Source: an uncultured Holophagales bacterium
Lineage (GTDB): Bacteria > Acidobacteriota > Thermoanaerobaculia > Multivoradales > UBA5704
Assembly: GCA_963842525.1 (NCBI GenBank)
Contig: CAWJGT010000003.1
Coordinates: 1,248,001 to 1,312,000 of the forward strand
Reading direction: 5' to 3'
DNA length: 64,000 nucleotides
Part shown: positions 20,458 to 31,569 of the stretch, one piece after another
Layout: each line of letters opens with the position of its first letter
How positions within the stretch are numbered: the first letter of the stretch is position 1
Made by a program: the position numbers and the translations under genes
The notes under the pieces: generated by a model
Databases searched by the model: none
What the model was told of the DNA's origin: nothing
What the model saw: the letters and a program-made list of their open reading frames with translations, nothing else

Positions 20458-23135
20458 ACGTCCCACGCCGCAGACCGGGCCGGCGCCTCTTCCGGTTTCC
20501 CTGGCGAACGGCCGCCCAGGTGGCGGCGGACGTGGACGAGGAGCTGCAGCTCCATCTCGACCTCGTCGCCCAGGAGCTGGTGGAGGAGGGCTGGCTTCCC
20601 GAGGCTGCGCGGGTCGAAGCGCACCGCCGGTTCGGGGATCTCGACGGAACACGGAAGTACTGCTGCGCTCTCGACAGGAGCAAGGAGAGACAGATGAGGT
20701 GGAAGCAGATGCTCGAGGCGTTCGGACAGGATTTCCGGTTCGCCGGCCGGCAGCTCGCCAAGAGCCCCGGCTTTACCCTGATCGTCGTCCTGACGCTCGC
20801 TCTCGCGGTGGGGGCCACGACGTCGATCTTCAGCGTGGTCCATGGGGTGCTGCTCCAGCCGCTCCCCTTCGCGGAGCCTGACCGCCTGGCCCGCGTCTTT
20901 CCGGTCGAGGAAGGGGAGAAAGGCTCGTTTTCCGCGCCGAACTTCCTGGACTGGAGCAAGGCGAGCCGGACGGTTTCGGCAGCCGCGGCATACACCTCCT
21001 CCAGCCTCAATCTTTCCGGCGACAGCGGAGAGCCGGAGCGGCTGGAGGCCATGCAGGTGGGCTCCCGCTTCTTCTCGATCCTCGGAGTCCGCCCGGTCGC
21101 GGGCCGCTGGTTCTCGGCAAATGAGGATCAAGAGGGCGCCGCGAAAGTGGCGGTGATCTCGGAGGAGCTTTGGCGGCGGCGTTTCGGAGGGGACGCCGGG
21201 GTCATCGGAAAGTCCATCAACCTGGACAATGAGCCGTACACGGTGGTGGGCATCGTGGCGCGCGAAGACCAGTACCTCGCCGGTGCGGACGTCTGGATCC
21301 CGCTCGTTTTCCCGGAGTGGGCGCTCTCGAGCCGCGGTGGCGTCTGGCTCTCCGCCATCGCGCGGCTCGCACCGGGAGTGACGCTGGAGCAGGCGCAGTT
21401 GGAGGCGAAGACCATTGCGGCGCGGCTGGAGAAGCAGTACCCCGATTCGAACACGGGCCAGAGCATGAGCTTGTCGCCGCTTCAGGAGCAGATGGTGGGT
21501 GACGTACGCACGCCTCTCCTGGTCCTGATGGGCGCCGTGGCCTCCGTCCTTCTGATCGCCTGCGTCAACGTGGCGAACCTGCTGCTCGTCCGCGCCTCCT
21601 CACGCGAGGGAGAGGTCGCCATCCGCACAGCGCTGGGCGCGGGACGCGGGCGGATCGTCCGCCAGCTTCTGACCGAAAGCCTCGTGCTCGCCTTGGTCGG
21701 CGGCGCGGCCGGTGTAGGGCTGGCCGTCTGGCTGACGCGAGGGCTCGTGTCCCTGGCGCCGCAGGAGACCCCCAGGCTCGAGGAGGTGGGGCTCGACGCT
21801 TCAGTGCTCTTCTTCGCCCTGGGGATCACCCTGGTTACCGGGCTCCTGTTCGGGCTCGCGCCGGCTTTTCAGGCGTCCCGGCCGGACCTGACGGTGGCGC
21901 TCAAGGAAGTGGCGCGCGGCTCGCGCGGCCATGCCGCCACCCGGGCGCGCAACGTGCTGGTCGTCGCGGAGATCGCGCTGGCGGTGGTGCTCCTGGCCGG
22001 CGCGGGGCTCCTCCTGCGCAGCTTCGCCCGATTGCAGGAGGTGGAGCTCGGCTTCCAGCCGGACAAGGTCGTCACCTTCAACCTGTCCCTCCCTTCATCC
22101 CAGTTTGGCGAGGACGACGGCCCGCGGCTGCGTGCCTTCGCCGTCTCCTTGCAAGAGAGGATGCGGCAACTGCCCGGGGTGACCTCGGCGGGAGTCGCTG
22201 CCTACGCCATGCCGCTTGGCGACATGACTTTCAGTCTCTCGTTCGACGTCGAAGGGCGTTCGCCCAAGCCGCCCGGTGAGAAGGATTCCATGCGGATCGG
22301 CTTTGTCGCGCCGGACTTCCTGCGGACCCTGGGAGTTCCGGTCCTCCGCGGACGCGGCCTGACGGAGCACGACCGTGAGGGAGCTCCGCAGGTGGTGCTC
22401 CTCAACGAGACGGCGGCGCGCCGCTTCTTCCCCGGCGAGGATCCGCTGGGGAAGCGGATCCTCCTCGGCTGGAGCGAGGATGGCGTGCCCAAGGGCGGCG
22501 AGGTCGTCGGCATCGTGGGTGATTTCAAGCAGCGCGCGCTGGATCGCGAAGTGGATCCCGAGCTGTTCCTGCCCTTTCTTCAGAACCCCATGGACACCCT
22601 GGCCATCGTGATGCGCACGACCGCCGATCCGGCTGCCGTGGCCGGCGCAGCGCGGGCCGCCGTCCGGCAGATCGACCCCACCCTCCCTCTGTACGATCTC
22701 CAAACCCTTGAGGACGTGGTCGCGGCCTCGGCCTCCCAGCCGAAGTTCTACCTGCTCCTGCTCGGCGGATTCGCGGCCATCGCGTTGGTACTGGCCGCCG
22801 TCGGCATCTACGGTGTCATCGCCTATAGTGTCCGCCAGAGGACGCAGGAGATCGGCATCCGCATGGCTCTCGGCGCCACGCGCCGCCGGGTGTTGCAGAT
22901 GGTGGTCCGGCAGGGCCTGGTCCTGGCGCTCGTCGGCGCCGTAGCGGGCCTCGCAGGAGCCCTCTTCGCCACGCGCGGAATGCGCAGCCTCCTCTACCAG
23001 GTGAGCGCCAGCGATCCGCCGGTCTATGGCGCTGTGGCCGTCGTGCTCGTCCTGGTGGCCGCCCTCGCCTCCTACCTGCCGGCGCGCCGGGCCGCCCGGA
23101 CCGAGCCGCAGCTTGCGTTGCGGGGGGAGGTGTAG
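20454..23135 (+). CDS. ADOP-type duplicated ABC (MacB/FtsX) permease
   Basis: [13 protein letters not shown]-terminus, [36 protein letters not shown]; TTG start overlaps the padR stop. Confidence 0.9.
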   Translation: MNVPRRRPGRRLFRFPWRTAAQVAADVDEELQLHLDLVAQELVEEGWLPEAARVEAHRRFGDLDGTRKYCCALDRSKERQMRWKQMLEAFGQDFRFAGRQLAKSPGFTLIVVLTLALAVGATTSIFSVVHGVLLQPLPFAEPDRLARVFPVEEGEKGSFSAPNFLDWSKASRTVSAAAAYTSSSLNLSGDSGEPERLEAMQVGSRFFSILGVRPVAGRWFSANEDQEGAAKVAVISEELWRRRFGGDAGVIGKSINLDNEPYTVVGIVAREDQYLAGADVWIPLVFPEWALSSRGGVWLSAIARLAPGVTLEQAQLEAKTIAARLEKQYPDSNTGQSMSLSPLQEQMVGDVRTPLLVLMGAVASVLLIACVNVANLLLVRASSREGEVAIRTALGAGRGRIVRQLLTESLVLALVGGAAGVGLAVWLTRGLVSLAPQETPRLEEVGLDASVLFFALGITLVTGLLFGLAPAFQASRPDLTVALKEVARGSRGHAATRARNVLVVAEIALAVVLLAGAGLLLRSFARLQEVELGFQPDKVVTFNLSLPSSQFGEDDGPRLRAFAVSLQERMRQLPGVTSAGVAAYAMPLGDMTFSLSFDVEGRSPKPPGEKDSMRIGFVAPDFLRTLGVPVLRGRGLTEHDREGAPQVVLLNETAARRFFPGEDPLGKRILLGWSEDGVPKGGEVVGIVGDFKQRALDREVDPELFLPFLQNPMDTLAIVMRTTADPAAVAGAARAAVRQIDPTLPLYDLQTLEDVVAASASQPKFYLLLLGGFAAIALVLAAVGIYGVIAYSVRQRTQEIGIRMALGATRRRVLQMVVRQGLVLALVGAVAGLAGALFATRGMRSLLYQVSASDPPVYGAVAVVLVLVAALASYLPARRAARTEPQLALRGEV

Positions 23136-23197
23136 CCGGCAAGGCCCTGAAACACGAACACCTGTAAAATCGTAGTCTCTCCCGAAAGGAGACTGCG

Positions 23198-23506
23198 ATG
23201 TCCGAGCCGATCTACCCTCAGTTGCCTCCTCCTCTGATGCCGCCGCAGCCGCAGCTCCAGGACGCGAGTGGCAAGAAGATCGCAGCCGGAATCTGTGGCA
23301 TCCTGCTGGGCGGTTTCGGAGTCCACAAGTTCATCCTGGGGATGGCCACGCCGGGCGTCATCATGCTGCTGGTCACGGTCCTCTCCTGCGGCATCGCCTA
23401 TCCGGTGATGCACGTCATTGGCCTCATCGAGGGCATCCTCTACCTGACGAAGAACGACGTGGAGTTCTACCAGGCCTACATCGTCGGTCAGAAGGAGTGG
23501 TTCTGA
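23198..23506 (+). CDS. TM2-domain membrane protein
   Basis: KKIAAGICGILLGGFGVHKFILG..IEGILYL..KEWF. Confidence 0.88.
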   Translation: MSEPIYPQLPPPLMPPQPQLQDASGKKIAAGICGILLGGFGVHKFILGMATPGVIMLLVTVLSCGIAYPVMHVIGLIEGILYLTKNDVEFYQAYIVGQKEWF

Positions 23507-23516
23507 GGAGCGCCGC

Positions 23517-23969
23517 TCAATCCCGTTTCCAGATCTGATTGCGCCGCTCGGGGTTGGAAAGGACTTCGTGGACGAAGAGCCCGAAGTCCCGGTCCTCCTC
23601 GCCGGTGAAGAGGACCACGTCCGACGGGACGTAGGGCGGCAGCTCGCTCTCCGGGTAGGAGATCGCCAGGACGGCCTCGCCGCTGCGCAGGAGCGTCAGC
23701 GTGCGCCGGCCGTCCCGCGCGACGTGGCGCGAGCCGACGTCCTCCGTCACGTCGATCAGGCGGTTTCCGGTGCGCAGGTAGAGGATGCCCTCGCGCCGGA
23801 AGAACAGGACGAGCTCGCCGCCGAGCTCCTCGAACAGGCCCGAGAGCCAGCGAAAGGTCGAGTCGACCGGGTGCTCGGCCCTTGTCGTGCGGACGGGCTC
23901 GGCGTCCTCTGAATCCAGGAGGATCAGCTCGGCGGACTGGGAGTGGTGCTGAAGGATGAGGGGGGACAT
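23517..23969 (-). CDS. Hypothetical protein
   Basis: 150-aa ORF of normal composition filling the gap; no recognised motif. Confidence 0.55.
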   Translation of the reverse strand: MSPLILQHHSQSAELILLDSEDAEPVRTTRAEHPVDSTFRWLSGLFEELGGELVLFFRREGILYLRTGNRLIDVTEDVGSRHVARDGRRTLTLLRSGEAVLAISYPESELPPYVPSDVVLFTGEEDRDFGLFVHEVLSNPERRNQIWKRD

Positions 23970-24009
23970 GGCTCTATTTTATCCGGTCTCCGCGAGCCCC
24001 TCGAGATGT

Positions 24010-24296
24010 CCGCGAATGCGGCCGATTCATGAAGAACGAGGGCCGATTCACGGGAAACGGCTTCGCGGTCACGGCGAATCGGGCCCGTTCACGGCGAATC
24101 GGGCCGAGATCATGACGAACCGCGGCCGGATCACCGCGATGAGGGGCGGTTCACCGTGAATCGGCCCGCGTTCACGGCAAACCAGGGCCAGTTCACCATG
24201 AATCGGCCCGCGTTCACGGCAAACCAGGGCCAGTTCACCATGAATCGCCCCGCGTTCGTGGCAAACCAGAGCCGGTTCACCGTGAATCGGAGCCGG
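24010..24296. repeat. Tandem array of about 14 units of 20-21 bp, with a 42-bp higher-order repeat
   Basis: TTCAC-like core at 24026, 24047, 24068, 24088, 24109, 24130, 24150, 24171, 24192, 24213, 24234, 24255, 24276, 24296. Confidence 0.85.
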
Positions 24297-26021
24297 TCAG
24301 GACCCCGCCTCCGCCGGAGCCTCCTTCTTCTCGGCCCGCACCTGGCCCCGGATGGCGTCGAGGTCGAGGTCGACGATCGGCTCGCCGGCCAGGGCGGCGG
24401 CGAGCTTGGTGTCGTGGCCGTAGACGTCGCGGCGGAGCTGAACGGTGCCGTCCTCGTCCACCCAGGCGGTGAAGTAGAGGATGTGGACCGGCAGCGGCTT
24501 CGGCAGGGTGATGCTCCGGGTCTCCCCGGAGGCGATGGCCTCCTGGATCTTCTCCGGCGTCCAGTCCTTATCCCCCTGCAAGAGATAGCGCGCCAGGTCG
24601 AGCGGCCTCTCCAGGCGGATGCAACCGTGGCTGAAGTCGCGCTCCTCCTGCTTGAAGAGGTGGTCCGCCGGCGTGTCGTGCAGGTAGATGTCGAACTCGT
24701 TGGGGAACATGAACTTCACCTGGCCCAGAGGGTTGTCCGGTCCCGGGCGCTGCCGCAGCCGTGTAGTGCCGTCCGCCTCGACCACCTCCATGTTGTGACG
24801 GGCCAGGTAGCCCGGATCGCTGGCGAGCTTCGGCGTGATCTCCTCGGCTGCGATCCCCGCCGGGATGTTCCAGGCCGGGTTGAGCTCGACGTAAGTCATC
24901 TTGTCGCTGAAGACCGGCGTGCGGCTCTGCTGCGCCTTGCCCACGACCACCCGCATCTCCAGGGCCGTCCGGCCCTGATCCACGACCTGCATCGCGAACT
25001 CGGGGATGTTGACCTGGATATGGCGGTCGCCCAGGGTGGCCGGCATCCAGCGCCTGCGTTCCAGGTTGACCGCGATCTGGCGGATGCGGTGCTCGACCGG
25101 CACGTTGAGCTCGGCCAGGGTGTCGGCCTCCACGCTGCCGGTGGGATCTAGGCCGTGCCGCTTCTGGAAGCGGGCCAGGGCGGCAGCCAGGGCCTGGTCG
25201 AAGACCATCTCCTGGGGTGACTGTCCATTTGCGCCATTGGGGGTCGCCGTGCCTGGCAGGTCGCCCTCGGCCCGCAGCCGGACGCGCAGGACCCGGACCG
25301 CCTCCCCTTTCGAGCCCTTCTTCAGCTTGGCTTCCGGTACGGCCGGCCAGCCGCCTTTCGCGGCGATCTGCCGGTAGCGGTCCAGGGCATCACGCAGCCG
25401 CGCATAGTCCTCCCCTGACGGTACGTAGCTGTGCAGCACCTCGCTGACCGTCCCTTTCTCGGACAGGGCCTTTTCGAGCCGCATGTCGAGGTCGACGCTG
25501 CGCGGCTTGGTGTACCAGTCGATGCGCAGAGTCTCAGGCTGCTGGCGGCCGGTGGCCAGGTGAACGCCCATGGTGAGGAAGGTGTAGGTCAGGCTCATGT
25601 CGGCGTGGGCCAGGTAGCGCTGGGCCGCCGGATCCTCGAAGGAAGGGTTTTCGCCGATCTGGAGCACCATGCCCGCGAGCTTGTCCTTGCGGTAGCGCCG
25701 CGGATCGAGCCCCTCCCGGGCCATCCCGTCGATGGCGGCGAGAAGCTCTTCGGCCTGCGGCTTGGGGCCTTTGGCCGTGAACCAGGCGGGCTGGAACTGC
25801 CGCTTCTGATAGAAGCGGCGCATCTCCTCCCAGGCGCGGACCCGCTCCTTCTGCTCCTTCAGGGAGGCAGGGAGGGTCTTCACCTCCACGGTGGACTGGA
25901 TCATCTGGGCGACTTCCGGGGGGATCTCCCGCTCGCGGCAGCCCGCGGCGAGGAGGAACGCCGCAGCGCAAAGCGCAGGGGCGATATGGATCGACAGGGA
26001 TCGGACGATTCTCGGTCTCAT
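24297..26021 (-). CDS. L,D-transpeptidase (YcbB/LdtD-like) lipoprotein
   Basis: LAAGC lipobox, PG-binding FQKRHGL, VNIPEF, IYLHDTP..FSHGCIRL. Confidence 0.9.
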   Translation of the reverse strand: MRPRIVRSLSIHIAPALCAAAFLLAAGCREREIPPEVAQMIQSTVEVKTLPASLKEQKERVRAWEEMRRFYQKRQFQPAWFTAKGPKPQAEELLAAIDGMAREGLDPRRYRKDKLAGMVLQIGENPSFEDPAAQRYLAHADMSLTYTFLTMGVHLATGRQQPETLRIDWYTKPRSVDLDMRLEKALSEKGTVSEVLHSYVPSGEDYARLRDALDRYRQIAAKGGWPAVPEAKLKKGSKGEAVRVLRVRLRAEGDLPGTATPNGANGQSPQEMVFDQALAAALARFQKRHGLDPTGSVEADTLAELNVPVEHRIRQIAVNLERRRWMPATLGDRHIQVNIPEFAMQVVDQGRTALEMRVVVGKAQQSRTPVFSDKMTYVELNPAWNIPAGIAAEEITPKLASDPGYLARHNMEVVEADGTTRLRQRPGPDNPLGQVKFMFPNEFDIYLHDTPADHLFKQEERDFSHGCIRLERPLDLARYLLQGDKDWTPEKIQEAIASGETRSITLPKPLPVHILYFTAWVDEDGTVQLRRDVYGHDTKLAAALAGEPIVDLDLDAIRGQVRAEKKEAPAEAGS

Positions 26022-26064
26022 GCCGGACGGGTAATGCGAAGGTTGGGCCAGGGTAAGCCCTTAC

Positions 26065-26174
26065 CCAGGGTTCACACCCTGGGCTACCGAATGTCGCCCC
26101 TCCGGGCTCTGGAAAAGCCGAGGATTTGAGAGCCCGGAGGGCGGAACTGGGTAGCCCCGGGTGTCAACCCGGGT
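26065..26174. repeat. REP doublet (CCCAGGGTTCACACCCTGGGCTAC family)
   Basis: Inverted pair of palindromes; same family at 53358-53436. Confidence 0.7.
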
Positions 26175-26191
26175 GAGCGGGGCGGTGAGCG

Positions 26192-28454
26192 CTATTTCAT
26201 CCCCACGGCCTTCTTCATGGCCGCGGTGATGGACTGGCGGACCTGGTAGAACCGCTCCCAGGGGTCGGCGTCCAGGTTTTCCAGGCGCTCGGGGAGATTC
26301 TGGACGGTGTAGGTGTCGGCGCGGACGTCGGTGTCGAGCTCTTCCCAGAAGAGTGGGGTCGAGACCGGAGCGTTGGCGCGGGCGCGGGTGGAGTAGGCGC
26401 AGATCGAGGTGGCGCCGCGGCCGTTGCGCAGGTAGTCGATGTAGATCTTTCCCTTGCGGCTGGCCTTGGGGAGCTTCGCCGTATAGCGCGCCGGGTCCAG
26501 GGTGACCATGGCCTCGGACACCGCCTTGGTGAAGGCTTTGACCTCGTCCCACCCGGCGCGGCGCACGAGCGGCAGGCAGACGTGGAGCCCCTTGCCGCCG
26601 GTGGTCTTGAGGAAGCTCTGCAGCCCCAGCTCTTCGAGGAGCCGGCGCATGAGCTTGGCACCTTCGACGACCCGCTCCCAGGCGAGACCCTCGTCCGGGT
26701 CGAGGTCGAAGACCACGTAGTCGGGCTTTTCGACGTTGTCGCGGCGCGAGCCCCAGATGTGGATCTCGAGCGCGCTGTTCTGCACCAGGGAGAGGAGCCC
26801 CTCGATCGAATTGACCGCGCCGTAGGGGACCGTCTTGTCCTCCTCGTCGACCTGTACCCGCAGGACGGTCTTCGGGAACTGCTCGGTCACGTGCTTTTGA
26901 TAGAAGCACTGCTTCTGCCGGCCCTCGGGGCAGCGGACCAGGGTCAGCGGCCGGTCCTTCACATGCGGGAGCATCCACTCGGCGATGCGCTCGTAGTAGA
27001 TCATCAGGTCGCGCTTGGTGAGGCCCTGCTCCGGGTAGAGGACCCTCTCCGGACTGGTCAGCTTGACCCCCGAGAATTCGGTCGCCTTGGCCGCATCCTT
27101 GGAAACCTTTTTCACGGTCTTTGCCTCGCGTGGGGGTTCCTGGGGCTCCTCGCGGACCACGTCTGCCGCCGGCTTGTCCTCGAATTCCTGCCGCTTCGGG
27201 CATTTGATCTTGAGCCAGTCCTTGTTGCGGCCGGAGTGGTAGGGACGGTCGGACCGCTTCGCGATCACCCCTTCCAGCGCGAGGTTGCAGGCCTGGCGGT
27301 AGAAGCCCTCCCCCTGCCCCTGGACGTGATCGCTGATGCGGACCGCCGCCGAGGAGGAGGCGGCGAGGAGCCGCGACAGAGCCTCCTTGCGGTCGAGGAG
27401 CTGCGCCGGCCGGAGGTCGTATCCGTCGAGGTAGAGGAGGTCGAAGGCGAAGTAGACCAGGTCGCGGTCGCGGTTGACCGTGAGGGCGTTCTGGAGCGCC
27501 TGGAAGCTGGTCCTGCCGTCCGGCTCCAGGACCACGACCTCGCCGTCGAGCAGGGCCTCCTTGACTGGCAGCGCGGCCACGGCTTCGGCGATCGGGGAGA
27601 ACCGGTCGGTCCAGTCCTTGCCGTTGCGGGTCCAGATCTTTGTCTTGCCGTCGCGCACCGCGCAGAGCACGCGATAGCCGTCGAGCTTGAGCTCGTGGAT
27701 CCACTCGTCGCCCTGCGGCGGCTCGTCGACCAGGGTCGCGAGCTGCGGCTCGACGGCACCCGGGAGCTTCGCCTTGCGGGCGCCCGGGATCTCCTTCGGG
27801 TCGACGGCGGAGGCCGTGGTTTTCGCGGCCTTTTTCAGGGGTGGCCCCCTTCTTTTCTTTTCGATCCGACTCCCACACGCGGTCGGGGTCGGCGGCGATC
27901 TCTTCGAGGGTGCGGCCGGTGGCCACGCTCTCGGGGTACTCCTGGACGACGGCGTCGCCGCTGCCGGGGACGGCGGCTTCGTCGTTCTCCTTGATGAGGA
28001 GCCAGTTCTCCTTGTCATCTCCCCCGTTGCGGCCGTGCAGCCGCACCAGGTTCCAGCCGCCGTGGAGCTTGTCGCCTTCGAGATGGAACTTGAGGTGGCC
28101 CTTGCGGTAGCCCGCCTTCGGGTCGCCTTCGGGGGTCCAGGTGCCGCGGTCCCAGAGGAGGACCGTGCCGCCGCCGTACTGCCCCTTGGGGATGATCCCT
28201 TCGAAGTCGCCGTAGTCGAAGGGGTGGTCCTCGACGTGGACCGCCAGCCGCTTCTCGCCGGGGTCGAGGCTGGGCCCCTTGGGGACCGCCCAGCTCAGCA
28301 GCACGCCTTCCAGCTCCAGGCGGAAGTCGTAGTGCAGCCGGGTGGCGGCGTGCTTCTGGATGACGTACGAGCTCCCGCTCCGTTTTTTGACCCTGCCCGC
28401 GGGCTCGGGAGTCTTACGGAAGTCGCGCTTGCGCTTGTATTCCTGGAGGCCCAT
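26192..28454 (-). CDS. ligD: NHEJ DNA ligase D (PE, ligase, polymerase); frameshift near 27860 and ligase OB domain missing
   Basis: QKHAATRLHYDFRLE (PE), ELKLDGYR and EGVIAKR (ligase), FDLDP, KTTGGKGLH, IDYLRN (Pol); KCPKRQEF joins directly to EDKPA. Confidence 0.9.
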
Positions 28455-28463
28455 GGCACCGGA

Positions 28464-29390
28464 TCAGGCGGTCTTCCGTTTGCGCGCGGTGCTCTTCTTG
28501 GCCGCGCTCTTCTTGGCGGCGGTCTTCCGCGTGGCTTGATGCGCCGTCTTCTTGGCCGCCGGCTTTTTGCCGTGCTTCGTCCCCGAGCGGCGTCCGCCGT
28601 CTTCGACGCTCTGCTTGAGGAGCGCCATGAGGTCCACCACGTTGCTGCGGGCGGCCGGCCGCTTCTCCTCTTCGGGCGGCTCGGGCGACTCTTCGAGCTG
28701 GCCGGCCTTGACGCGCTCCTTGATCATGCCCCGGAGGTCTTTGTCGTAGGTGTCCTTGTAGCGCTCGGGGTCCCAGCCGGTGACCATCCCCTCGACGAGC
28801 CGCTCCGCCATCTGGATCTCCCTGTCGCTCACCCCCTGCATGCCCCGGGGGACACTCAGGTCCTTGGCGTCGCGCAGCTCGTGGGGATAGCGCAGGATCT
28901 CCAGCACGATCACGTCGTCCCGGGCCATCACCGCGGCAAGGCGCTCCTTGGTGCGGATCACCACCTTGGCGATCCCCACCTTGCGGGCGCGGCGCAGGGT
29001 CTCCCGCAGCAGAGCATAGCCCTTCTCGCCCCGTTTGTCAGGGGCCAGGTAGTACGGCTTCTCGTAGAAGACGGGGTCGATCTCGTCGAGCTCGACGAAG
29101 TCCTGGATGTCCACGGTCTGGGTCTTCTCGGGGCTGGCGCGCTTCAGGTCTTCGTCGGAGAGGACCACGTACTGGCCCTCCTTGAATTCGTAGCCGCGGA
29201 CGGTGTCGTCCCAGGGGACCTCGCGGTTGGTCTGCTCGTTGACCCGCTTGTAGCGGACGCGGGCCATGTTGCGCTTGTCGAGCAGGTGGAACGAGATCTC
29301 CTCCGTGCTGCCCTTCTCGGCCGCGTAGAGGCCGACCGGGATGTTGACGAGGCCGAATGTGATGCTTCCTTTCCAGATTGCGCGCGCCAT
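28464..29390 (-). CDS. ku: NHEJ Ku protein
   Basis: MARAIWKGSITFGLVNIPV, YYLAPD, VVDLMALLKQS and basic tail. Confidence 0.95.
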   Translation of the reverse strand: MARAIWKGSITFGLVNIPVGLYAAEKGSTEEISFHLLDKRNMARVRYKRVNEQTNREVPWDDTVRGYEFKEGQYVVLSDEDLKRASPEKTQTVDIQDFVELDEIDPVFYEKPYYLAPDKRGEKGYALLRETLRRARKVGIAKVVIRTKERLAAVMARDDVIVLEILRYPHELRDAKDLSVPRGMQGVSDREIQMAERLVEGMVTGWDPERYKDTYDKDLRGMIKERVKAGQLEESPEPPEEEKRPAARSNVVDLMALLKQSVEDGGRRSGTKHGKKPAAKKTAHQATRKTAAKKSAAKKSTARKRKTA

Positions 29391-29468
29391 GAGGGGACTC
29401 CTCCCGTTGCACAGGACGACGGCAACGCAAAATACATGCCTCCTCACCTCCCGATGTAGGATCAGGAC

Positions 29469-30392
29469 ATGCCGATTTCCGCCAAGCCCAGCGCAACCCC
29501 GGCCCGCCTCTGGCGGGTGGAGGGGGAGGGCGTGGAGGAACGGGACGACCAACTCGCCACGGAAGAGCCCCTGGAGATCCGCCTGCGCTGGGGCGACGAG
29601 CGGCAGACCGTGGCGGTCACCATGCGCACCCCGGGAGCGGATTTCGAGCTGGCCGCCGGCTTCCTCTTCACAGAGGGCGTGATCGAGGAGCCGGAGCGCA
29701 TCCGCCGGATCGCCCATGTCTTCGGGCCGGAGGAGCCCTTCACACCGGACGGCTCCAATGTGGTGGAGGTCGAGCTGGAGGACGGCCCCGCGCCGCAGCT
29801 CCAGACGCTCGACCGGCACTTCTTCACCACCAGCGCGTGCGGCGTCTGTGGCAAGGCGGGCCTGGAAGCGCTCCGGATACGGGTCCCGGCGACGGTGCCC
29901 GAGGGTCCGTTCGTGCCTGTGGAGGTGATCCGCGCGCTGCCGGCGCGGCTGGGGGAGGCCCAGGGCCTGTTCGCCACGACCGGCGGGCTCCATGCGGCGG
30001 GGCTGTTCGACCCCACCGGCGCGCTCCTCGCCGTGCGCGAGGACGTCGGGCGCCACAATGCCCTCGACAAGCTGATCGGCTGGGCCCTGCACGCGGGCGA
30101 GCTGCCGCTGCACGACCGCCTGGTCCTGGTCAGCGGCCGGTCGAGCTACGAGATCCTCCAGAAGTGCCTGGTGGCAGGCGTGCCGTTCCTCTGCGCCGTG
30201 TCCGCGCCGAGCAGCCTGGCGGTGGAGCTGGCCGAGCGCTACGGGCTCACCCTGATCGGCTTCCTGAGGCAGAACCGTTTCAACGTCTACAGCGGCCTGG
30301 AGCGCATTGCGGGGGTGGAGAGCCTGGTGGCCGGCGAGGGCCTCCGGCCGCCCCGCCGGCGTGGCGACCGGCTCTTCCCCACGGTCCTGTAA
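29469..30392 (+). CDS. fdhD: Formate dehydrogenase accessory sulfurtransferase
   Basis: EEPLEI, MRTPG, SACGVCG, TGGLHAA, EDVGRHNALDKLIG. Confidence 0.93.
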   Translation: MPISAKPSATPARLWRVEGEGVEERDDQLATEEPLEIRLRWGDERQTVAVTMRTPGADFELAAGFLFTEGVIEEPERIRRIAHVFGPEEPFTPDGSNVVEVELEDGPAPQLQTLDRHFFTTSACGVCGKAGLEALRIRVPATVPEGPFVPVEVIRALPARLGEAQGLFATTGGLHAAGLFDPTGALLAVREDVGRHNALDKLIGWALHAGELPLHDRLVLVSGRSSYEILQKCLVAGVPFLCAVSAPSSLAVELAERYGLTLIGFLRQNRFNVYSGLERIAGVESLVAGEGLRPPRRRGDRLFPTVL

Positions 30393-30446
30393 TCCTTACA
30401 GGCCTCTGCGGGCGCTCTCCCTCGACAAACCCCTTGCCGGCCTGTC

Positions 30447-30462
30447 TGGCACAGAAGCTGCA
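30447..30462 (+). promoter_or_regulatory. Possible sigma54 promoter
   Basis: TGGCAC-AGAAG-CTGCA, one mismatch to TGGCAC-N5-TTGCW. Confidence 0.4.
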
Positions 30463-30804
30463 CAACCTTCTGCCGCGTGCCTGACAAGCCCGCTCCGAGG
30501 CGGCCTCGGGGTCAAGGTGAACCCAGGTTCGACAAGGTGGAAAACAGGCCTTTCGTGGCCCTCCCTGAGGGGGAGGGGATCTGATGCACCGATCCACTTC
30601 CCCGCCTTTTTCTCCAGGTGGAGCCACAGGACGCCGGTGAAGTGAACAGACTCATGTCGGGGGCGGAGGTCACTTCGCCACCTGATCCGCGAGGCCTCGC
30701 AAGGGGCTTTCGCGGCCCCTCCCTGCAGGGAGACGTTCTGGCCGAAAGCTCGGGCGTCTCCCTCTTTTTTCAGAGGGGTCCGCACAACGCGAAGGAGAGA
30801 CGCC

Positions 30805-31344
30805 ATGAAGACGAGAGGATTCCATCTGGTGACGGCCCTGTGGCTGGCCGCCGCAGGGATTGCGCTCGCCGGCTGCCAACGCGACGGACAGCCTGCGGTC
30901 GAGGCCCAGCACGATAACGAAGGCGCCCGGATCGAGGTCCATGGCAAGGAGGTGGAGGAGAACCTCCAGCAGGCCGGTGAGGAGCTGAAAGCGGGAGCGG
31001 AGCAGGTCAGGGAAGGGGCCCAGGAAGTCGGCGCCGCGCTGGAGCGTGGGGCCGAACGGGTCGGAGCCGAGGTCGGGCCCATCGTCCAGGACGTCCTGGA
31101 CGACGCCCAGATCACGGCCCAGATCAAGGCCAAGCTGGTGGCTGATCCCGAGGTCAACGCCTTCCACATCGACGTCGATACGGTCGACGGACAGGTCACG
31201 CTGAACGGCAAGGTGGCCCGGGCGGATCAGAAGGCCGAGGCGGAGAGGCTTGCCCGGCACACCAGCGGAGTCAGGGCGGTCCACAATCTGATCCAGGTTG
31301 CGGGCCAGGCGAACACTCCCGCGCCGCCGCAGCCGGGCACCTGA
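30805..31344 (+). CDS. BON-domain (OsmY-like) lipoprotein
   Basis: LAGC lipobox; DAQITAQIKAKL..IDVDTVDGQVTLNG..GVRAVHNLI. Confidence 0.9.
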   Translation: MKTRGFHLVTALWLAAAGIALAGCQRDGQPAVEAQHDNEGARIEVHGKEVEENLQQAGEELKAGAEQVREGAQEVGAALERGAERVGAEVGPIVQDVLDDAQITAQIKAKLVADPEVNAFHIDVDTVDGQVTLNGKVARADQKAEAERLARHTSGVRAVHNLIQVAGQANTPAPPQPGT

Positions 31345-31557
31345 TACCTCACCCCCTGTCCCCCTCTCCCATCGCCCCCCCTTCCGCCGGGAGAGGGGGG
31401 ACGTGGTTGGTGCTCTGAGGGGATAGATTGCAGTTTCTTTTCAGAGACTCTTTCTCATCAAGAATGCCTTGACCTCGCCTTCCAAGCTCCAGCGGCGTCC
31501 CCCCTCTCCCGGTCGGTGGGGGGGGCGATGGGAGAGGGGGACAGGGGGTGAGGTATC
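31344..31557. repeat. Long inverted REP pair (CCTCACCCCC..CCTCTCCC family)
   Basis: ATACCTCACCCCCTGTCCCCCTCTCCCATCGCCCCCC..GGGGGGCGATGGGAGAGGGGGACAGGGGGTGAGGTAT. Confidence 0.8.
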
Positions 31558-31569
31558 CTTGCCTCCCCC

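Noticed and set aside
24010-24296. CRISPR array
   Set aside because: Units are contiguous with no unique spacers, and no cas genes are present.
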